DNA from: Lenisia limosa
Lineage: Eukaryota; Protista; Breviatea
Direction: 5' to 3'
Assembly: GCA_001655205.1 (NCBI GenBank)
Contig: LPNZ01009187.1
Coordinates: forward strand, 1-48,396
Length of the DNA stretch: 48,396 nucleotides
Under the pieces are notes generated by a model. That model saw only the letters and a list, made by a program, of their open reading frames with translations. It did not search any database and was not told where the DNA came from. This document shows, one piece after another, positions 15,819 to 28,900 of this stretch. Every line of letters starts with the position of its first letter. Within the stretch, counting starts at the first letter, position 1. A program made the translations under genes and the position numbers.

Positions 15819-18035
15819 ATGGTAAGCGGATGGTTTTGGGATGCTTCCTGTGTCTTATTTAGTCTCTTTTAGCATGGTGTCAAACGAGAAACTCTGACAG
15901 AAGAGCAGATTGCTCAGAAGCGCGCCATTGAGAAAGGAAAGGTATACCTTTTTGTTTATGATTCACAGGACCATCACTTTCCCGTTGTAATTGCTTCCAG
16001 GTCCAACAATACAACACTAGGGTTCAGTCATTTCAGAACCTTGTATGCTGGTTGGGCCTTCTTTCTCTTTGGATTTCCCAATTGTAAAAATTATTTCTGT
16101 CATATTAAGGAATAGTTAAATCCTACTGGTGTGATTTTCTCGCAGTTTATATTACAGAAGGCAGCTGGGCTCCAGAACCAGGACGTCTTGGATATCTCCA
16201 AAAGCCTCCTTTCTGTTAACACGGTTTGCAGTGGCATTAAAAGTGTTTTTTCACTCATGTATCTATTAAGCTTGGTATTCAGATGCCTTTGATAGAGGGA
16301 AAATAGCATTTGCTCAACCTATGATTATGTGATGAATATTTGTAAAGGAACTTTCTCTTCACAACTTTTATTTTGCTACTTAATATCCGTAATTCTACAG
16401 GAGTACTACACCATTTGGAATTATCGACGACTCACTTTGGCCTCTCTTATTGTGTATGTGTGGATTGTGACCAGAGTTTCACTGAAGTCTTGTAAAACCC
16501 TGTTCCAATATATAATGTCGTTTTAGTTTTATTTTGTACCCGAAGTGGAATTTCATGCCACCAAAGGCTCCACCACTTTCATGGAGAATATGGATTATAA
16601 TAATATAATTTCATGTTGGAGTAGATATTATTTAATTGACACCTGTCCCGACTGTATTGACTGATATGGCAGGGAAGAACCAGAAAAAGCTGTTGAGCTT
16701 CTAAAGGATGAGCTAGTGTTTAATACTGCTTGTATCAAGGTCAATCCGAAAGTTTATTGCATTTGGTAGGCGACTTCTCACCCTATTCCTTTTTTCTTTG
16801 CTTTTTTAGGGTTTTTTTTCAATTGCCTTCCATTAATGCATTCATTCCTCAGGTTTCACAGGGAGTGGGTTGCAAGTGAATTGGACAAAAGGAAATGCAT
16901 GTCCTGGAGCACTGAGCTTGCCCTCTGCTCAAAGTTGCACGATGTTGACGATCGAAACTGTCGGGGGCGGGGGCGGGGTGAATTGCAAAAGAAGAAATAA
17001 TTTGCTTAATGTCGATATATCGATGAGGGTTAATTAAATCGATAAATTCTCGAAGCTTATCGATATTTTCATGGTCTTTTTGGAGGAACATTGCAAATGT
17101 TGCAAGAGATGATCACAAAAGTACTCTATTTTCTTGGTAGTGATGGCTCACTCAACAGTCCATTGCTGGCGCTACCGCACGTTCTGTTGTGCAAACAGCG
17201 GGGTTACTGACACGGAGCATTTGGAGTACACCTGCACTCGAATTGACCAAAACTTCTCCAACTACTCAGCAGTGGGTGGGTACGACTACTAACTTTATTC
17301 TGATGGATTCCCTTTTGCTTGATTTTCTGATCGTTTTAGTGGCATCTTCGCTCGAAAGTCCTGCCAAAACTGGTCAAAGGTTTGGGTTGACGAGGAAATA
17401 TAATAATAATAATATCACAAATTGGGGGGAATTCATCTCGTCAACCTCCATCCTCAATAATGAGGATCAATATAGCTTCGTTTTTAATCATTTTAGAGAC
17501 ATTGTCAACAAAAGAGGCCTACCCAATGTAAGCAAGCCCCATTATATCACTTATAAACAGTCTACTACAGGTTATTGAAACTGAAGTTGAGCTGCTGACG
17601 TCAGCGTTTTTTACAGAGCCAGAGGGCCAAAGTGCCTGGTTTTATTTACGATGGCTTGTCAACTGGAGTTGGTGAGGGTTCTTGTGATTTTGATTGAAGT
17701 TTCTTTGTTACTGTCTCAGGCTCAACTGTTTTGGAAAAAGAGGATTGGCAGCGAATAATTGAAGGTGTCTTGGAGACTTGTGAGCAGCTGAGAGAAGACG
17801 ATGAAACTTTGAAATGTTTGCCAGTACCTCAATTTCTCTCTCAATCGAATACCCTTATCAATGTATGCTTTGACACTGTGTAGGGCCATGCCTGACATCT
17901 GTTCACCTGTGGTCCACTCTGACGGAACATGGGCATTCCGGCCTTGCCCCATTGATTACTGAAATGCTTGACACGTTGAAAAGCCTTGACAAGGGCCATG
18001 CTAGCTACTATGATTTCTTGAGACCAAAGGTGTAA
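15819..18035 (+). CDS. RABGGTA: Geranylgeranyl transferase type-2 (Rab GGTase) subunit alpha
   Basis: M|HGVKRETLTEEQIAQKRAIEKGK start; PFTA repeats EYYTIWNYRR, KVNPKVYCIW|FHREWV, ELALCSKLHDVDDRN, HCWRYR, DQNFSNYSA, AFFTEPEGQSAWFYLRWL; C-terminal LKSLDKGHASYYDFLRPKV-TAA. Confidence 0.9.
17039..17086 (+). mobile_element. Family 1 MITE, degenerate internal core (RABGGTA intron)
   Basis: cgataaattctcgaagcttatcgatattttcatggtctttttgga aligns with the family core cgataaatcctcgaaaactatcgatattttaacggtcttttt; TIRs lost. Confidence 0.5.
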
Positions 18036-18257
18036 CGTATTGATAGAGGGAGTCCTTAGTTCAAGTGTACAAGAATTACATTTTAAGAACATCATAAATA
18101 CCTAGATTTCCTCCTCTTTCTACAAGAGTTAGGTGTAATTAATAGATAATCTGAGTAGTGCATGAGGTAGAAATAAGAAACATATAATGTGAATAAATAA
18201 TGTTGGAAATGAGTCCAAAAAAGGGGGGGAGGGGTATGTTGTTGTGATAGTTTTTAA

Positions 18258-21200
18258 TCAAGTCAAAACACCATGATAAGTCATAACACGGATATTGAGC
18301 TAGTCAATCGTGTCAGGAATCACAGACAGTGTTTACATATGTGGAGGACGCATACCAAAGCCTTTTCCGCCTCCTCGCGGTCCAGGAAGAAGTAAAGGAA
18401 AAGGTCGACAGCCGACATCATATCCAGGTCCGGGCGTCGCCTCTGCACAAACAACTCCGCACATTCTTAAGGGTCAAGAGAATCAAGCATCCAGTAGTTA
18501 GAAATGCGGAATACGCTCGTATTTAGGCTTGAATTTCTCGAAAAATCCTCGAAAACTATCGATATTTCGCTGGTATTTTTCCAACCAAAGTGAAGCCCTA
18601 AGTGTATTCTTTCTGATCCCCATACCCAACAGCTGTAACCTTCAAAGCCTACTTAAGATCGTCTCCAAGAACTGTAAGAAGGCGAGGGGGGCGTTGAGAT
18701 CGATGTCGCCGAACTGAGACACGGCACTGACCGAAGCCGGGACAGCGGCGATGACGTCATCAGCTGTGAATTCCTCCGAGAAGAGACCGACCATCTGACA
18801 AGTTAGGATAATATGCAGATGTGAATGGGGTATGGGAAGCGTAAAAAAGGCTGATAACGGGGTGAACACGAGGTAAAATTAATCGATCTCAAGAAATGAG
18901 TTATGAATAACAGTTCCACAAGACAGGCTCACATCAAATAAATAGAGGACACCACGGATTGTAGGCAGGTCATTGAACTCCTTACGGCCCGGGGCAACTC
19001 CCTTTCGGATGGCCGCTTTCACATTGGCCTCGGATATATCGCCAATGTCCTTGAAGTGTGGCTGAAATGTCACTCGAGAAAAACAAAATAGAAAAGAGAT
19101 GATGATGAAAGCGTTCCTGTATTGGCAGACCTGAGGTTGAATGTTCGGGTCAATGGGCGATGGGAGTACTGCCTTGTTCGAGAGTGATGTTGAAGATTCA
19201 AGCTTTGATCGCTACAGAATTATTCAGAATAAGTACAAATACAAATATTTAAATCTCGGTCTTTTCCGGATAATAAACGTTACAAAAAGATGCCGCTTCA
19301 CACTGCATACCTTCGGTTCTGGGGGACTCGCGGCTTCTTTGGTCTCTTCTTCCTCTTCTTCTTCATCCGGATCGGCTTTCTAAACACATAAACGGATATT
19401 ACAGCGAATGCTGATAAACATTCACAATAACAAGTAGACGTGAAATACATGGGAGAAACAAACCCTACCAAAAGCGTAGTCTGATAGCATGCGTGGTACA
19501 TGTCAGTGAGGGTAGTGGCATGGCCGTTCCAGACAGGCTGAATTGAGGCGTGCAAGACAGGTGACGGGTCNNNNNNNNNNNNNNNNNNNNNNNNNNNNNN
19601 NNNNNNNNNNNNNNNNNNNNNNNNNNNNAGGTAGGCTTTCTGGAGGGGCTTCAGTCCAAAGACATATTTAGAGCGTCACTTCGGTTTGAGAAAAAGACTG
19701 AATTTCCCGATAAATCCTCGAAATCTATCGATATTTTAACGGTCTTTTTCGAACCGAAAACCCTAGACGTATTAAATTGATTATATCCTCAATGGGTATA
19801 TACATCGTCCTCTATTTAGCATATCACATGTTCCAAGCCTCACACGCACGTCAGCCCCAAACCTGGTCAAAGCTGCCTGTTTCCTGGGGGTGCTGCTGAA
19901 CACTCCTCGCGATCTAAACCCCATAAGGTCCCATATTCGCAACTAATATCTGATAGGAGAAAATTCTAATGAATTATCTTTTCGAAGACATAAATAAAGG
20001 CAAAGATTAGCTCAAACCCAATGAAAAGGGGTCATATATAATATATTGTTTTTTTTTAATAGAAATATAATATAATATTCATATGAAAAATAGAGAGCAT
20101 TAACTGCAAAGTCAAAGTGCAAAGAGCTCGGGTTACCAACCTTGCAAGAACCTCCTCCGAGATGAGTCTTTGGAATGACGCTGCCACTGAAGGGAGTGGT
20201 CCGTACTGAGAGGTATGTAAGAAATGTAACTGTACGTAGGGAACCATTCCCACTATCACGCTTATTTATCACGGATGCTATATTGCGTTTGTTTTGAAAG
20301 GGGGCTCAAATATGGATTTTTCAAATGATTTAAGATTTTTTTCAGGCTGATGGCCCTTTGCTGCTTCAAGAATGAAACAAGAGTTATTTAAAAGGGTATT
20401 AGAAAGTGCTTTATGGTCCCACCTTTTTGACAGCTGCTCTCACGAGTCCCGAAAGGAAGTCCTGGAAAAGAACAATTTGAGCAGGGTCATGACCGCGGCA
20501 CTACATGAGTCAGCAATTGAAGGAATCTAGAAACTTCGAATAAAAACAATAGCTTTTAATAAATTCATCTTTTTCATACCAATCCGTCAACGCACATTAC
20601 CGCGTCCAATTCGATCAGAGAAAGATCTGCATTAGCCACACCAGTTTCCTGAAAGGTAAAATAACCAAGAGTGCCCCTCCCCCGCAATACGGCGAAAGTC
20701 TACAAATTCTAAAAGGATCCATAATTTACAATATATTAAACTAAAGAACAGAGGTTGTCCAGCGTTTACTTCTTGAAAAGTTGTGTAAATTTGAACCCGG
20801 GTGCAAACCAAGGCAAAATTCCACCATTGGTAGAGTCGCATGGATGACGAGGCCAGTGGTCTGAGGTTCCGTCGATCTAGGAAGAATTAGGCCAAGAAAG
20901 AAGATGGGGAAGTGAATTAGGCCAAGAACACGAGACAGAAGGAGGGAGAGTGAGAGAGGAGGANNNNNNNNNNNNNNNNNNNNNNNNNNNNNNNNNNNNN
21001 NNNNNNNNNNNNNNNNNNNNNNNNNNNNNNNNNNNNNNNNNNNNNNNATGAGCTGTAAAATCTAAAGTATTAGATTTGAATACCCTCTGATGAAGGAGAA
21101 AGAAAAAGAGACATATGATATGTATGTGGTGTACCTAGCCACCCATCATACTCTTCCTATTATGCTTCGAAGTACTCTTTTACAACATTTATTTATTTCA

Positions 21201-23906
21201 TTGTTTCCAACTCTCCATAGTCATTATCGTATTCCCCAACCTGTAGCATTGTCGGAGGGCAGAGACTTGACGAAGTACTACGTCGCTGACGGCTTCCAAG
21301 TTACTGAGCGGCTAAAACATCAGGCAAAACGGTAGGAGTATGCTGTCCAGCCAGCCCAAAGCGTAATAATAATAACGAAGTATAGCATAGCATATGTATG
21401 TATTTAGAAGAAGAAGCGATACACATCCAGTGAAGGCACCTCCCGCCCACTTCCTTTGCTTGGAGGAGAACGTCAGATACCTCCAACGCAATAACCTGGC
21501 TAGCACTCTCCGAAACATCACGGTCCTTCTCCTGGGGGAACCGGTCCATTTTGAAGATGCCAGCAATGACTTCGCCAGACTCTTCGACCATAATACCAGG
21601 CCCGTTCTTCTTATTCTCCATCCACATTCCCTCATATCTAAAGAGTTAGCAGGGAGGTCGTAAGAGAACTAGAATCAAAAAGAAAACTTGACCTCATTTA
21701 GTTTTCCCCGCTAACCTTCCACCATGGGCATAGTAGAAGATGCCTCTTCCTTGTCGCTTCCCATGGACCCAATCTCCTTCGTAGCAGTTCAGACAGGGCC
21801 ACGCTGAAGGGTCAGAAACGCCTTGTTACGTTAACACTAGAGCTCCGTGCAATTAATTGAAAAATGAATTTCAAAAAGTGAAGTCTGACATATGATAACA
21901 TGAACCCTATTCCAGGCACTTGGAGAACAGGCCAGGAAAAAAAAAAAAATACAGGAGACGAAGAACAACATCTTCCCACATAGTACACATCCATTTTAGA
22001 GCGAACCACCGCTTACCTGTAGTTGAGGTGCTGTTATCAACGTTCAAATGCGGCCATGTGTACATTCCAAAGCCATGAGGCAAGTTACCCTCCCATTCCC
22101 CTGGGAAGATAATAAAAAAGCAACACTTGCATTCTGAAAATCCCGAAAATCCCAAAAGGAGATTAAAATTTTCTATTCTTTTACAATAAGCGTACCAATA
22201 TAAGTCTCGCCATTGCTGTTTTTGAGTTCGCCCTTACCACATCGTTCACCTTTAGCCCACTAAACCATGAGTCAACAGACCGCATTGCCTACTTCTCCTT
22301 CGTACACGTCACCATTTGGGTACACCATTCGGCCGTCGCCATGGCGCAGTCCTTTCAAAAACTAGATGATGAGCCAGTGGGGTGGTGTTGGAGTGCGACT
22401 CCACTTGGAACCCAAAACATTATGTGATGCTTATTGATAAATATTGTTTTCTGGTCTTACAATATACATTCAACCGTATTAAGTTTCATAATGTAGAAAT
22501 TGGAATATCATGCTTCATAATGTGTCAATTCGCAGTATCATAGCTTTCTCTATACCTCCTCAGCATACCAATCCAGTATAAACACAATTTCCTGTTTCGT
22601 CATATTGAAGAACGCCATATCCCTCAGGCAAATCATAGCTCCAATTTCCTTCGTAGCGCATTAATACTTCACTCAGTTCTGAAATGTCATAGTCTGAGCA
22701 GGTGGAATTTTTATATCAATAGATCAGCCATACAAACCCTCGGGAGTTTCAGGCCGAGCAAGAGCATCCATAGCTGAATAACATTAAAAAAGTGAGGGTG
22801 GGAGAGGGTTGAACAAAATAGAAAGTAAGGAAAACGGTTGTAAAAATCGAACTTAGAAAACATACTAAGTTCGTTATTTGCGGGGGTTCCGGGGGCAGGC
22901 GTTGGTGGTGCAGAGCCGTAGTCGAAACCACTTGGTCCAGAGGACATACCACTGATGGTTAGAGAGGAATTAGGAAGACGGTGATATATATGGGCTTTTG
23001 AGAGATACCTTGAAATTGGCGGCAGAGTGTTGCGGCCGCCATACGATGACATCAATGACGCTGTCGACATATTGAAGGATCCAGTTGCACCCAGAGGTGG
23101 AGGGCCTACGGTGTTATTAGTTCCCCTATTTGCCCTTCTATTTCTATAAAAGCGATAATGGGATGTGCAAAATTCTCAACTCGATCGCTGGTCACAAATA
23201 AAATATCTTTGGAATGGTGGGTTATTGCTTCAGTGCTGGCGCTTTAATTCCCAAAAATGAATATGTCAAAAAACAAAGAGAACACGACCCATCAATGACA
23301 TTGCGTTTGCAGGTGCCCACCAAGTCCAGGCCGGCTTGGCTTCTCAACTTCAAACTTAAATGGAGGCGAAAGCTGCACAAGAATGCCGATGCCATGGCGC
23401 AGTCCCTTCGACACGTCTCCAACGTACTCACTGCCGTCCGGGCTACAGTGATCAGAAGAGACTTTTGTGGTTATGGAAAAGGGGGAAAGATCAAAGGTCG
23501 TAGCGTACAATAGTTACAAAGATAAAGATAATAGAGGATTGAATAGCGGGTGGAGGGGGAAGAGGAGGGAACTTATTCCCTGTTTCGTACCTTTTCAAAA
23601 CTCCCTCGCCCTCCATCTCGCCATCAACAAATGTTCCTTCATAATAGAGGCCATCATCAGATCTTAGAACACCTTTTCCATTTAATGTGCCATTCTGCAG
23701 AGTAATTAGAATCCAAACAAAAGATGAAAGATACTTACTTCAAATTCCCCTTCGTATGTGTACTCGTCTAATATTCTACAGCGCCCTGTTCCTTCAAATG
23801 GGGTGTCACCTTCCTCCCACTCAGACACCAGTGAAAGCAGGGAAGATTTCATGTGAAATAGATGTGAATCCTTTTCATTGAACTCTTTTTTGTCATTCTC
23901 CTCCAT
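18258..23906 (-). CDS. MORN-repeat protein, radial spoke head 10 homolog B (RSP10)-like
   Basis: Many N-terminal MORN repeats (YEGEFE, YVGDVSKGLRHGIG, GLRHGDGRMVYPNGDVYEGE|WAKGERCGKG, GEWEGNLPHGFGMYTW, WMENKKNGPG), a Ser/Pro-rich insert, and C-terminal helical motifs like those recalled for RSPH10B (VLFQDFLSGLVRAA; LAFLQFLETIL). Treating it as one gene is an inference; it spans two gaps. Confidence 0.65.
18524..18600 (+). mobile_element. Family 1 MITE, left TIR deleted (RSPH10B-like intron)
   Basis: Core aatcctcgaaaactatcgatattt plus right TIR accaaagtgaagcccta. Confidence 0.75.
19669..19765 (+). mobile_element. Family 1 MITE, near full length with 8-bp TSD (hAT-like)
   Basis: TAGAGCGTCACTTCGGTT...GAACCGAAAACCCTA flanked by gacatatt (19661-19668) and gacgtatt (19766-19773), a 7/8 match. 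Confidence 0.8.
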
Positions 23907-24260
23907 GGTAGAGAGCAGTTGGGGAAAAGCTGTTTTATGTGAAAGAAATTTGTCCTCTTTTGCGTATTCTACTTCAAGATTAAAGAGTGTGTAGTGATAT
24001 AAGATAAGTGTAAGACTGAGAGAGGGGGGGGATGAATGATTGTTTTGTTCGAAACAAAATGCCGAAAATAACAATAGTTCGTGGGGTTACCACGACTACA
24101 GCGCCTAGTCAATCAACACGATGGGCTTACCCTATAGAGTAAGTGAGTTGCCTTTTTATTGGGCCATTTTGGATTGGGGAATTCAGCTATCATCAGCTGA
24201 AAACACCTTTATCGCTGTCTTTCCAGTCCGTTTGTAGTCACAATGCTCCTTTAAATCAAG

Positions 24261-25114
24261 ATGTCGTGCGTCGTCCCCTCAAAGCATTCACCCCGTGTTC
24301 GAACACTTGATAAGCCTCCTTCGTGGATTATAAAAACTACATCTACTGATAACGAATGGGAATCATTAGACGTGGTTGGTTGGGTGTCGTGTTTGATGTT
24401 GAAATTTAATGGTCTGTGTCTGAATTGAACTCAATTGTAATCTCGAATCTGGCAGCTTTTGATAACCTCATACATATGCTATCAAGTTTCTAAGGGGAAA
24501 CGTTTTAATACTGAGGTATACATGATTTTCCTAACACTTTGAGTTCACCATTTAGTGTGAAAGTGACCCTTCGCCATCGAAAACCATTGAATCCTCTCTT
24601 GCTGATGTATGTAAATTGATATCACGCTAGGAGGGATATCCTCCTAATCTCACGTTTTCATGGTAGCATATGAAAATCTTTGGATATAAGCGACCTAATT
24701 TACTTTAGGCATGTTCAACAGCCATTACTCCCCTAATACCTCCTGAACCTGACACCTCGAAGCAAAACCCGCCCGAAGGTGGGGATGATGTATATCGTTA
24801 CCCCAACATGGAAAATTGGCCTTTTCCACACCCTGCTTTGGGATCAGTATTTGATTTTCGCCATTGCAATTATTAACGTGTTAGACATATTGATGCAACC
24901 TTTTATGATTCATTCGTCACCCCTCAACCAAGTAGGTGTGCAAGCTGCTATTTCGTCTGACCTAAGTGGAAGGTACGTGGCTATTTGGGAATCAGGGTTA
25001 GAAAATAAAAATTCTCTCGTTTAGAATGCAATAAGACTCATATTATCTCAGTGGACGTACAACCCCGAAGCGAAGCAAGGCACCATCATCATGCTCTTCA
25101 ACAAGTTCAAATGA
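24261..25114 (+). CDS. Small multi-exon hypothetical protein
   Basis: Candidate exons with GT-AG borders: MSCVVPSKHSPRVRTLDKPPSWIIKTTSTDNEWESLDVV, ESDPSPSKTIESSLAD, EGYPPNLTFSW, HIDATFYDSFVTPQP, WTYNPEAKQGTIIMLFNKFK-TGA. No recognised family. Confidence 0.5.
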
Positions 25115-25455
25115 AGTTGGTCCCCTTTTGATATGTAATTATTTAGATGCCATGTGGAATGTCAGAAATGATCATTGCCAAACTATCGGTTTGTTGTGCT
25201 CTTGGTTATTGCAGCTAGGAGGTGTACTATATATTCTGTAAAGATATATATATATATATGTATACCTCCTAGATTACAGAGTGAGACTGGAACACGTATA
25301 TTATCTCATATTAGTTGTTTTTTTTTTTCAATCTTTAGTGTTGACAGTTGACAGTTGACAGATACTTTGTCAATTTCCAACCAGCTACTTGTATTTACTC
25401 ATTTCAGCGACAACTAGAAGCTGCGAAAACAAAAATCTCGTTTTTGGTGAGCAAA

Positions 25456-25836
25456 ATGACGCAGTTATTCCCTGTAGCTTACAAGTAATTTTCCCAGGAA
25501 GACGAAGCTCATAGCCTTCAGAGCAAGCTTCAAGTTAATTCAAGGGAGGTGAGATATTTGGTTTGTACCAGTCAAATAGAAGAATATAAATACCTTTTCT
25601 GTTATTATTCAGTTGACGGCAAAAGACTGCGTAATTTCCAGTCAAAGAACTTTGATCAATCGACTTCAAAGTGGTGTAGACAATTAGTAGAATGTATTTC
25701 AGGTTTTTGTGTTTCATGTACAATGAATGATAAACTGGTTCTTTGGGGAGATACTAAACATGTTGTGTGGGCTTCAGTCGACCAACTATTTGCTGCACAA
25801 ATAAATGAACGTACTACTGAAAACTCATTTAGATAA
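25456..25836 (+). CDS. Possible short hypothetical protein
   Basis: Splice-bounded segments EDEAHSLQSKLQVNSRE|LTAKDCVISSQRTLINRLQSG|..FCVSCTMNDKLVLWGDTKHVVWASVDQLFAAQINERTTENSFR-TAA. Starting at ATG 25456 needs a 24-nt first intron, so the model is weak. Confidence 0.3.
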
Positions 25837-25939
25837 TACTGATAATATTCCAAAAGGCAAACCAATGCTTGAAACCGTGAATGAAGCGAAGAAATATTTA
25901 ATTTAGGCTGTCAAAAAAGAAACTACGAACGAAACCATA

Positions 25940-28900
25940 TTACGAAAGGAGGGCCGTTTGTGAGGTTTGTGAAACCTTGCCGATTACGGGCGGCTCTTGT
26001 TCCTCAGCTTCCCCATCAAGATCAATGTTCAAGTCATCCAAACTGACGAGATGGACTGAAGGCTTGACCTGGTTAGTTTGGGAGCGAGAGTCGGCCTTTT
26101 CCGGTTCCACTACCGCCTCGCTGGTCGGTGCAAAACTGCAAAGCTCATTGTCAAGGCTGCTGAGCCGACTATCTCTCAGGATGCCAGGATAAAAGGTAAA
26201 CAGCTTGACGGGTATCTGAAACAGTTAGTTCGAGCGCTCATATGAAATATTAATTCAAATGGCTTCAAACCATAGCCATCTTTGCTTTAAAGAAAGAGAC
26301 GCCATGAAAGGAACCCAGCTCACAGAAGAACCATCAGTTGGTATGCCAGTTGGTGGAGTGACCCCGTTTTCGGACACCGGAGTAAGGGTACTTGCCATAT
26401 GGACACTCAGGGACCGCCATTGACTGGCATTTGCCGCCATAACCTGTGACGAGGATGGCGACCTCTTTCGCCGTCTTTGGCTCGTTAGCATTATACAAGC
26501 GCATACTACACCGATCAATAACGCTCCAGTAACGACGAAGAATATCTTCCAAGGAAACTCAAAGTCGTTATCAGTAGATATGGGCATGATTGCAAATGTT
26601 GCGTTACGGACGGTAAAGTGAGATTTTGTCACAGTTCTGTCAGACCACCATATCTGCCGCTTTTGGGTTGGCTACAGGGTGACGGGTTGAAAACACAACT
26701 AAGAAGTGTTTCATGACAAAAATGTAGATTGTGTAGAGAATAATTCACAAAATCTTGAAAAGCAAAACTAGCCCCAGCAAGTCAACGCAAAACAACCCAG
26801 GCCTTTCACCTCCCCTTCCCTCCAACATCGTCTCCACATTCAGGATAAGCCATAATCCAGTCATTGGCGGAATCATCAAAATAATAGAGTCCCAGGAGCT
26901 CATCAGTCGAGTTTTCAGGTGTCGGTATGTGGACTTGACTGCATTCTGCCGATAATTCATCGCTGTCAGATTCAACGTCTGATTCAGCCTCATCGTAGTT
27001 GCTTATCACAATCAACATTTCAAAGACAAATAGAGCGTCTAAAGAGTGAGTATTTTGTGTTAAAACTGAGCTTTGCTCATTATAATGCGGGGTCACGGTA
27101 TGGTCCCAGTACTTTTGATACTGTCATAACTTAGATATTATATGCATGAAAAAAAATAAATCGTCAGGTTTTCAATAACTCAATATAAGTGGGTGATTGG
27201 GACCTCTTACCATCAACACCAGGCGGGGTGGATTCTAGCAGAGATATAGTTGAAATAAAAGAGGGTAATTTGTTGTTGAAACGGAAAAGCACATCAGGAG
27301 TCACATCTGATAGGCCAAGCAGTAGTGACACGTCTTCTCCATTTGTACTTGATACCTGTAAATATTAGTCAAGCTGTGTATAACATATATATTATAGCAA
27401 TGAGAAATAAAAAATAAAGATGTATCTGGCCGAAGCCGTCCACCCATCACGCTTATAAGAGATATTGGATTGCCTTACAACTCTGTGCACACAGCTTTTT
27501 GCGTGCCTCCCCCAGCATTACCTACAAGGATTAGACTCATGAATAAGGACAATAGCCCCTGCATAATAACACAGGTAGGCCCTCCTAAATCCGTCTTATG
27601 CCACAGATACAGGAGGTGCCAGTTAGAAATGCAAATATCAAAGGCCTTATAGAATAATAATTTCATGATATAGTATACTATATATAGAATGAGAAATAAA
27701 ATATAAAGATGTATCTGGTCAAAGCCGTCCACCATCACGCTTATAAGAGATTATATATTGGAACATTGGGTTTTCTCAGCGATTCTTTATCACTGCTAAA
27801 GGCCATTTGAACCCAAAATGAAACCCAGGATACTTATTTGATGAATAATAAATACTGGTTGAATCAGTAGTACGGCTTTTGTGAACATAAAAAAGACTGC
27901 AAACCGTAAAAGAAGTTACGGTCTGACAAAGGGCGTCTCCATCATATAAAGCCTCGCAATCGCATACACACTCGTCTTGATCTAAGGTCCCGTGTACGCA
28001 ATCCTTAAAGCACGATTCTAAAAGGTAACAGGCACTTCATTGGCAAAAAGAATAATGCTCAGTCTTAAAATAATTGATAAATATTAATTATAAACGATGC
28101 AATTCGCCATATTGTCAATTTAGCCTCCCACGAGAACACTGCTTTTCGATACTCCAGGTATTGGCAAGACACACCATCTCAATAATGCCTAAAAATGTGA
28201 AACAGAACGACGGGAACTACCAATTGAGCCACTGGGACATGGAAGAAAACACGACGTTTCGGCTGTCGATTCAAGAGGGCACAGTGCTGTGTCGTATGGT
28301 TCAGGGATTTGCTGGGATTCTGCAGTACACCCAACTACAGTGTAATGTGAAGTGCTACATTATTGCCGATTGACAACAGAACTGCTTCAGTTTGACCTGA
28401 AGGAGATCCAGCAATCAGACAAATCTATTACTTTCCAAAAAAATTAAAACAAATCAAAAGCTCCTTCTTCAATCAGTGTACCTTGTTTATTGAGAAGTTC
28501 CCAGGTCTGGTTGGATTTACATTGGAACGAGAGCCCAAGTGATGAAGTAATATTCATCCCAGGGTTGATCGGGAGAGAGACGTTGTTGAAGCTCTAGGTA
28601 AACAGGCATCAGAAAGAGATGTTTTTGAATGAATGTGAACTGGATTGTGTTTAATGGTGAGCACTGAACATTCACAGCCCTGCCACTCACATGAGTCTCG
28701 AACAAGGGTTCTGGACAAGAGCTTTCACCGCAATCCGTGGAATTTGAATTGGGAGGCTGGTCACAAGGCTTGGATTCTAGGGGGTGAGGCTGGTCACAAG
28801 GCTTGGATTCAAGGGGGTAAGTTTGCAAATGAAAGCATTCCAGATATTATTGTTTATTCACTCACAGCACCCCCGAACCTGTCAACCAGGTGCTGCCATT

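Noticed and set aside
28200-28345. Thrombospondin type 1-like Cys pattern, or an ankyrin-like AVDSRGHSAVSY on the plus strand
   Set aside because: The ankyrin-like string is antisense to the membrane-protein gene. The TSP1 frame lacks WxxW and I could not reconcile its splice phase, so it is described only as Cys-rich.
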